Source: Chloroflexota bacterium
GTDB taxonomy: Bacteria > Chloroflexota > Anaerolineae > Aggregatilineales > J027
DNA: 52,803 nt
Direction of reading: 5' to 3'
Assembly: GCA_003697365.1 (NCBI GenBank)
Contig: RFGP01000009.1
Coordinates: forward strand, 1 to 52,803
Below the pieces are notes generated by a model. It was not told where the DNA came from, did no database searches, and was given only the letters and a program-made list of their open reading frames with translations. Position 1 is the first letter of the stretch. Each line of letters opens with the position of its first letter. This document shows positions 47,033-52,803 of this stretch, piece after piece. Made by a program: the position numbers and the translations under genes.

Positions 47033-47332
47033 TTACAGGCGATGACCTTCAGCAACTTCTTGGCTAAAAGACTCTTCACCTATCAAGCAGCGATAAACAT
47101 ATTTAAGTTCATCAAGTGTAGGTGCCCAACATGCTGGTTGATGTACTAAATGCCGCATCACCCAATAGGCATGGCTTAACAGCTCATTATCAAGAGTTTG
47201 TAACTCATCGACTGTCGTTAATTTTTCAGCTTTCAAAGCCAATCCTCGACTGCTGAAAGCGCCTTGCTCGAATTCACGAATAGATTCTGCAAATTGCTGT
47301 GCCAGATAATCACTACGTACTGACAAGTCCAT
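47033..47332 (-). CDS. Hypothetical protein (99 aa), co-oriented with ybaK
   Basis: ORF only; no recognised motif. Confidence 0.4.
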   Translation of the reverse strand: MDLSVRSDYLAQQFAESIREFEQGAFSSRGLALKAEKLTTVDELQTLDNELLSHAYWVMRHLVHQPACWAPTLDELKYVYRCLIGEESFSQEVAEGHRL

Positions 47333-47415
47333 GATATATAACTCCTAAATACATGTCATTTGTCCTGATTCTATTTTGCGCCTTTTTTGATGCGCTGCCA
47401 AGCTATGATTTTACT

Positions 47416-47445
47416 TTGCCAAAACAAATACGCAGGTGCTATAAT
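47416..47445 (+). promoter_or_regulatory. Candidate sigma-70-type promoter of the sdh operon
   Basis: TTGCCA (47416-47421), an 18-nt spacer, then the extended -10 TGcTATAAT (TATAAT at 47440-47445). It lies about 75 nt upstream of the sdhC start. Confidence 0.5.
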
Positions 47446-47519
47446 GTGTTAACCCATGTTAAAACATAGAAATTGGCTTATCGGTTTTAAATATAAATTT
47501 TTGAGGAGGCAAAAGCCGC

Positions 47520-48569
47520 ATGGCAACCCTCGTAACAACTATCACCGAGACGCTCCGTTATCGTGGTAAGATTGGTCAATATAGCTGGGCGTTTCATCGG
47601 CTTTCTGGTCTTGGTATTGTATTATTCTTAATTTTACACGTGATTGATACTTCATGGGCTGCTTTTTATCCCGAATTATACGGAAAAGCAATCCAAGAGT
47701 ACCAAAGCCCACTATTCACCATTGGTGAATTTTTCCTAGTAGCGGCTGTCGTTTACCATGCAATGAATGGTTTACGCATTATTTTCTTTGACTATCGTCC
47801 TCATCTATGGCATTTGCAACAAAAAGCAGCCGTTGGCGTTTTTGCCGCTTCAGCCATCATTCTGCTGCCAACATTCATCATCATGCTCGGACATACTATC
47901 GATTTTTGGGATCGCCCTGCAGAAGAGCGTGAAGTGGCTAGCTTGATGGATATTATCGGCACTCAGTCACAATTCTTGTTGGGTTTCATTGTTATCATTG
48001 GTGTTGCACTTGCAGCATCTTTTGTGATGTCGCTCATTAATGGCGATGAACGTGAAGCCCGTGTTGTCCCCAAACGCCCCAGCCAAGTTGACGCATGGCT
48101 TTGGTCGTTTATGCGTTGGTCAGGCGTGCTCATTGTGCCATTGGTCTTTGGACACTTAGCCATGATTCATTTAATTGGTAGTGTGTTTGATATTAATCAT
48201 GCTGGCGCAGAAGTTGTAGGAACTACGGCCATCAATGAAAGCGGCCGTGCTGCCGAATTTGTAGGCCGTCGTTGGGATCATCTGGTAGCAGGGGTAGCAG
48301 TATGGCGCATCTATGATGGGTTATTACTAGCGTTAGTAGTCATTCATGGTTTCAATGGCTTGCGCTATGTTGTTAACGATTATGCCCACAACAAGATTGT
48401 TAATCGTGCGTTTAATTGGGCTATCGTATTTGGTGGAGCAGCGCTCATCATCTTAGGAATGGCCGCGCTTATCGCGGGTGTAGACGAAACTGCCTATCGA
48501 ATTGCCAGTGATCTCAGCAATGCCGCATCTGCAACAGTACAGAACACTACAAGTCCATTTGGTGGTTAG
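47520..48569 (+). CDS. sdhC: Succinate dehydrogenase membrane anchor, apparent SdhC-SdhD fusion (cytochrome b)
   Basis: 349 aa with about 7 predicted TM helices. Both halves carry related motifs: HRLSGLGIVLFLILH...YHAMNGLRIIFFDY and MRWSGVLIVPLVFGH...IHGFNGLRYVVNDY. Confidence 0.75.
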   Translation: MATLVTTITETLRYRGKIGQYSWAFHRLSGLGIVLFLILHVIDTSWAAFYPELYGKAIQEYQSPLFTIGEFFLVAAVVYHAMNGLRIIFFDYRPHLWHLQQKAAVGVFAASAIILLPTFIIMLGHTIDFWDRPAEEREVASLMDIIGTQSQFLLGFIVIIGVALAASFVMSLINGDEREARVVPKRPSQVDAWLWSFMRWSGVLIVPLVFGHLAMIHLIGSVFDINHAGAEVVGTTAINESGRAAEFVGRRWDHLVAGVAVWRIYDGLLLALVVIHGFNGLRYVVNDYAHNKIVNRAFNWAIVFGGAALIILGMAALIAGVDETAYRIASDLSNAASATVQNTTSPFGG

Positions 48570-48611
48570 TCGTATTGGTAGTTTTTGTTTAATTTTAGGA
48601 GTATAAGAATA

Positions 48612-50408
48612 ATGGCAATGCAAGTACATCATCATCAATTTGATGCGCTCGTGGTGGGTGGTGGTGGTGCAGGATTGATGGCTGCGTTATATGCCAGTCG
48701 TCACGTTCGCACAGCTGTAATCAGCAAGCTATACCCCACACGTAGCCACACTGGCACCGCACAAGGTGGTATTGGTGCAGCATTAGGTAATTTAGAAGAA
48801 GACCGTTGGGAATGGCACGCTTTTGATACCGTCAAAGGCGGCGATTATTTAACCGATCAAAAAGCGGCTAAAGTGCTAGCCCAAGAAGCTATTGAGGCTG
48901 TTATAGAACTTGAATGGATGGGCTTACCTTTTGACCGCAACCCAGATGGCACGATTTCACAGCGCCGTTTTGGTGGACACACCAATAACGAAACCAAAAA
49001 GCCTGTACGTCGTGCTTGCCACTCTGCTGACCGCACGGGGCATATGATTTTGCAAACACTCTATCAGAACTGCATCAAAGAAGATGTGAAGTTCTTTGAT
49101 GAATATCAAGTTGTTGACTTGCTGATGAATGATAAAACCGCAGTGGGTGTAGTTGCGGTGAATATTGACACCGGCGATCTGCATGTCTTCCATGCCAAAG
49201 CCATCACTTTTGCTACTGGTGGTTGGGGACGCTTATGGTGGACAACAAGCAATGCACATAGCTTAACTGGTGATGGCCCAGCTATCACATGGCGCAATGG
49301 CATCCCATTACAAGATATGGAATTTTATCAATTCCACCCAACAGGTTTATATCCATTGGGTGTGTTGATTACTGAAGGCGTGCGGGGTGAAGGTGGCGTA
49401 CTCATTAACGCAAAAGGTGAGCGTTTTATGGAACGTTACGCCCCTACTATCAAAGACCTTGCAAGTCGTGATGTGGTAAGCCGCTCTATCTATCTCGAAA
49501 TTATGGCCGGTAACGGCATTAAAGGTAAGCCTTATGTACATCTTGACGTGCGTCCCGAAACAGTCAATCGCTATTTAGCAGAAGCAGGCGAAAGCCGTCG
49601 GATCGATGCAGATTACGTCTTGCAAAAACTCCCCGATATTCTCGACTTTTGTCGTACTTATGCGGGTGTAGACCCTGTTAAAGACCCGATCCCTGTTGCG
49701 CCAACAGCGCACTATGCTATGGGTGGTATTCCTACTGATATTGATGCCCACGTTATTTGGAATGGTCAAGAAGAGCCTGTATTAGGGCTCTATGCTGCGG
49801 GCGAAGTAGCATGTGTGAGTGTTCATGGTGCTAATCGTTTAGGGACAAATAGCCTTACAGACCTAATTGTTTTTGGTCGCAAAGCAGGCTTGCAAATGGC
49901 CGATTACTGCCGTCAAGTAGGTTTCACTGATCTTCCACCGAACCCAACAGAACGCATTGAAGCAGAGCTTTCACGCATTCGTAGCAATAAGGGTAAAGTG
50001 AAAGCCTATGATATTCGCAAGCAAATGCGCCAACTCATGATGGACAAGGTAGGCGTTTTCCGCGTTCAAGACATGATGCAAGAAGCAGTTGATGGTATCC
50101 GTCAGCTCAAAGAACAATATCGCACAGAGCTGGCTATTGATGATGATGGGTATCGCTTCAATACAGATTTACTTGAAGCATGGGAACTAGGCTGTATGCT
50201 TGATTTGGCCGAGATTACCGCCGTCAGTGCACTTGAACGCAAAGAAAGTCGTGGTGCTCACAGCCGTGATGACTATCCTGAACGAGATGATGAGAAATAT
50301 CTCGCCCATACGATGGCTTATCCTCAAGAAGATGGGCAAATCGTAATCAAATATGATCGTCCCGTAGACCTATCACTCGGCTATGAACCAAAAGAGCGGG
50401 TTTATTAA
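48612..50408 (+). CDS. sdhA: Succinate dehydrogenase flavoprotein subunit
   Basis: FAD motif DALVVGGGGAGL, covalent-FAD His context TRSHTGTAQGG, plus HPTG and RGEGG motifs. ATG 48612 is preceded by AGGAG (48596-48600). Confidence 0.95.
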   Translation: MAMQVHHHQFDALVVGGGGAGLMAALYASRHVRTAVISKLYPTRSHTGTAQGGIGAALGNLEEDRWEWHAFDTVKGGDYLTDQKAAKVLAQEAIEAVIELEWMGLPFDRNPDGTISQRRFGGHTNNETKKPVRRACHSADRTGHMILQTLYQNCIKEDVKFFDEYQVVDLLMNDKTAVGVVAVNIDTGDLHVFHAKAITFATGGWGRLWWTTSNAHSLTGDGPAITWRNGIPLQDMEFYQFHPTGLYPLGVLITEGVRGEGGVLINAKGERFMERYAPTIKDLASRDVVSRSIYLEIMAGNGIKGKPYVHLDVRPETVNRYLAEAGESRRIDADYVLQKLPDILDFCRTYAGVDPVKDPIPVAPTAHYAMGGIPTDIDAHVIWNGQEEPVLGLYAAGEVACVSVHGANRLGTNSLTDLIVFGRKAGLQMADYCRQVGFTDLPPNPTERIEAELSRIRSNKGKVKAYDIRKQMRQLMMDKVGVFRVQDMMQEAVDGIRQLKEQYRTELAIDDDGYRFNTDLLEAWELGCMLDLAEITAVSALERKESRGAHSRDDYPERDDEKYLAHTMAYPQEDGQIVIKYDRPVDLSLGYEPKERVY

Positions 50409-50449
50409 TTCTGTGTAGAGAAAACTTGTCGTAAGGGATGTAAATTAAA

Positions 50450-51163
50450 ATGGATGCAAAATTTCGGATTCGGCGTTTTAACCCAGAACGAGATCAAAAA
50501 CCTTATTGGGCAGAATATACTGTCAAGGATGTTGAAGGTACCGATACCGTCCTTGACTGTTTACATCGCATAAAATGGGAACAAGACGGAACTTTAACCT
50601 TGCGGCGCTCATGTGCGCATGGTGTTTGTGGTTCTGATGCAATGCGAATCAACGGGGTTAATAAGCTCGCTTGTAAAACTTTGTTACAAACTCTGAATCT
50701 TAACCGCCCTATTCAAGTAGAACCTATTTTAGGGCTTAAAGTGATCAAAGATTTAGTCGTTGACTTTGAGCCATTCTTTGAACACTACCGAGCTGTAATG
50801 CCCTATTTTGTACCGAATACCCCCGTGCCCCAAGATGGGCGCGAACGTCGGCAAAGCCCTGAAGATCGTGCACGCTTTGATGACACAACCAAATGTATCT
50901 TATGCGCTTGTTGTACAACCAGTTGTCCCAGCTTTTGGGCAAGTGGTGAATATGTTGGCCCTGCTGCAATTGTGAATGCACATCGCTTCATCTTTGATAG
51001 CCGTGATGGTGCAACAAATGAGCGCCTTAATATTTTGGCAGAGCCCGGAGGTGTGTGGCGTTGCCGCACGATTTTCAACTGTACACCCGCCTGCCCACGT
51101 GAAATTGAAGTGACACGCGCAATCGGTGAGGTTAAACTTGCGATTCAGCGCGGCGTACGATAA
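50450..51163 (+). CDS. sdhB: Succinate dehydrogenase iron-sulfur subunit
   Basis: 237 aa with three Cys clusters: CAHGVCGSDAMRING, CILCACCTTSCP and CTPACP. Confidence 0.93.
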   Translation: MDAKFRIRRFNPERDQKPYWAEYTVKDVEGTDTVLDCLHRIKWEQDGTLTLRRSCAHGVCGSDAMRINGVNKLACKTLLQTLNLNRPIQVEPILGLKVIKDLVVDFEPFFEHYRAVMPYFVPNTPVPQDGRERRQSPEDRARFDDTTKCILCACCTTSCPSFWASGEYVGPAAIVNAHRFIFDSRDGATNERLNILAEPGGVWRCRTIFNCTPACPREIEVTRAIGEVKLAIQRGVR

Positions 51164-51185
51164 TTCGTTGGTTGATAAGCCAAAG

Positions 51186-51214
51186 GCCCACTGCTCTAAA
51201 ATCAGTGGGCTTTT
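51186..51214 (+). terminator. Rho-independent terminator of the sdh operon
   Basis: GCCCACTG ctctaaaat CAGTGGGC followed by TTTT. Confidence 0.8.
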
Positions 51215-51288
51215 CCAATAAAAAGCATCCCACTAAGCTATAATTAAAGGATTAATGTAGTTCAGTCACAACAAGAAAGTTATATAAG

Positions 51289-51726
51289 ATGGTAGCTCCC
51301 ATTCCTCATGAATATGTCTTGTTAGTCGATGATGACTGGTCTAACTTAGAAGTACTAGAAGCCTACCTTGAATTAGAAGGTATCTTAAGTACATTGGCTA
51401 CGAGCGCTGAGCAGGCCCTAAAAATTATGGAAAAAGTGCTGCCATCGTTGATCATTTGCGATATGCGGATGCCGGGTGTCAGTGGACTAGATTTTTGTCG
51501 TCAATTAAAAGCTAACCCCGCAACTCAGCACATCCCCATTGCAATCATTACAGGATTAGAGCGAGATAGTGACATTATCGATGCCCTAGAAGCTGGTGCC
51601 GACGACTTCATTACGAAGCCCTATCATGCCAAGCTACTGATGGCACGGGTGAAGACATTGATGAAGATCACACGCCTTCACTATGCGCTTAATGCTGCAC
51701 TAGCGGAACTCAAACGTCAGCAATAA
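51289..51726 (+). CDS. Single-domain response regulator (receiver only)
   Basis: 145 aa with VLLVDDD, LIICDMRMPGVSG and ITKPY. Confidence 0.85.
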   Translation: MVAPIPHEYVLLVDDDWSNLEVLEAYLELEGILSTLATSAEQALKIMEKVLPSLIICDMRMPGVSGLDFCRQLKANPATQHIPIAIITGLERDSDIIDALEAGADDFITKPYHAKLLMARVKTLMKITRLHYALNAALAELKRQQ

Positions 51727-51802
51727 ATTGGTTTTCTTTGCCCCTAATATCTGTTATAAGTGAGCTAATCGACTATTTGCAGATATTCTAGGAACAAGCA
51801 AC

Positions 51803-52411
51803 ATGTCATACTCATACCCAAATAGCAGTTCCCCTAGCCCACTACTCATTGGTTTAGTTGGTCTGGCACTTGTGTTTGGAGGGTATCTATTATGGACAGG
51901 CTTTCTAAACTGGTTAGATGAAGGAAGCGCAAATACACGCGCTGAAACAGCAACTATTGCTGCACGAAGCACCTCAACTTTTGATGCTTTTGTAAATCAA
52001 CCTACTCTCGTTCTCTATCCAACCTCTACACCTATTCCGCCGTGTGAATATTTTGTAGTGAGAGGCCCTCAAGCTGCCTTTGTGCGCGAATGCCCTGATA
52101 CAAGTTGTAAAGATATAACCTTTATTGAACCTAATGAGACAGTCTGTGTAATTGGACGTGCACAAAGCGAGGAATTCCCCAATGCAGATGATTGGTATGA
52201 AGTTTTACTTGACCCCGATGCGTTTTTACCAGAAGTCAGCTATATGAACGAAATTACATTACGTGCCCTCAATCCTACGCCTACAATGACCCCGACATTT
52301 GAGCCACTTCCTACAATTACCCCAGTACCATCACGAACCTTAGAGCCAACATCCCCTACAATTGAGCCATCCCCATCCGCAATAGATGAGGATGACAACG
52401 TTTCCTTTTAA
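51803..52411 (+). CDS. Hypothetical membrane-anchored protein with Cys-containing SH3-like middle domain and Pro/Thr-rich tail
   Basis: 202 aa with a TM helix (LLIGLVGLALVFGGYLLW), the segment YFVVRGPQAAFVRECPDTSCKDITFIEPNETVCVIGR, and a PT-rich C-terminus. Confidence 0.45.
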   Translation: MSYSYPNSSSPSPLLIGLVGLALVFGGYLLWTGFLNWLDEGSANTRAETATIAARSTSTFDAFVNQPTLVLYPTSTPIPPCEYFVVRGPQAAFVRECPDTSCKDITFIEPNETVCVIGRAQSEEFPNADDWYEVLLDPDAFLPEVSYMNEITLRALNPTPTMTPTFEPLPTITPVPSRTLEPTSPTIEPSPSAIDEDDNVSF

Positions 52412-52419
52412 TACAAATA

Positions 52420-52803
52420 CTAGTCAGCTTCAAAACCTTCTGGAATGTGTAACCCCATTGCATGGAAGCCAGCATCAACATAGATCGTTTCACCGGTGAC
52501 CATGCTCGCCCAATCAGAAGCCAGCCAAACCGCCGCATTGCCCACATCAATTTGAGAAACAAGTGTTTTTAGTGGCGAACTTTCGCCCGCATAACGTGCC
52601 AATGTCCGAAAGCCAGCAATGCCTGATGAAGATAAAGTTTTAATAGCACCAGCACTAATCGCATTCACTCGAATCTTTTTCGGACCCAAATCAGCGGCCA
52701 AATACCTCACACTTGCTTCCAGAGCAGCTTTTGCCACCCCCATGACGTTATAGTGTGGAATAACTTTTTCTGCACCATAGTAACTCAATGTGATGATGCT
52801 GCC
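52420..52803 (-). CDS. fabI: Enoyl-[acyl-carrier-protein] reductase (NADH) FabI, C-terminal part (gene runs off the window)
   Basis: [57 protein letters not shown] is a typical FabI Y-x6-K region. The frame is open to base 52803, so the N-terminus lies outside the window. Confidence 0.9.
   Translation of the reverse strand, partial: GSIITLSYYGAEKVIPHYNVMGVAKAALEASVRYLAADLGPKKIRVNAISAGAIKTLSSSGIAGFRTLARYAGESSPLKTLVSQIDVGNAAVWLASDWASMVTGETIYVDAGFHAMGLHIPEGFEAD

Noticed and set aside
1-52803. CRISPR arrays, tRNA or rRNA genes, prophage, integrase or transposase genes
   Set aside because: No regularly spaced direct repeats were seen. The only T-arm-like GGTTCGATTCC belongs to the tmRNA. No ORF shows integrase, transposase, reverse transcriptase, capsid or terminase motifs.

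Overview
This 52.8-kb window looks like core chromosome, not an obvious mobile island. It is densely packed with about 45 protein-coding genes on both strands. Housekeeping genes include dnaA, tmk, cysS, rlmB, rsmA/ksgA, rsfS, thpR, ybaK, an sdhC(D)AB operon and a partial fabI at the right edge. Three universal RNA genes can be read directly from the sequence: tmRNA (about 1846-2235, minus), SRP/4.5S RNA (about 34341-34447, plus) and RNase P RNA (about 37374-37736, plus). I found no tRNA, rRNA, CRISPR array, intact transposase, integrase or phage gene. Gene content (SpoVS, a SpoIIIAA/Ycf45-like R3H ATPase, DUF3048, YabE-like/ksgA synteny, a fused E1 alpha-beta, Pro/Thr-rich linkers, a multi-GAF kinase) suggests a Chloroflexota-like or other Terrabacteria genome, but that is inference only. 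The best candidates for undescribed biology are: (1) an ~11.5-kb signalling operon (22.8-34.3 kb) with a 2,967-aa histidine kinase carrying about 13 tandem GAF domains, flanked by a receiver protein with a degenerate GGDEF domain, a stand-alone receiver, and an alpha/beta-hydrolase-fold protein that lacks its nucleophile serine; (2) an overlapping gene pair (20.0-22.6 kb) encoding a left-handed beta-helix protein and a clear homologue of cyanobacterial acyl-ACP reductase, with no aldehyde-deformylating oxygenase nearby; (3) a 52-nt near-identical inverted repeat pair bracketing a glycosyltransferase / acyl-CoA dehydrogenase / acyl-CoA ligase module, next to a hairpin that resembles an IS200/IS605 right end; (4) a four-gene cluster (43.2-46.6 kb) containing a possible His-less pseudo-kinase, a CxxC protein and a YkgJ Cys-cluster protein. 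All functional calls come from motif recognition by eye; no database search was run.
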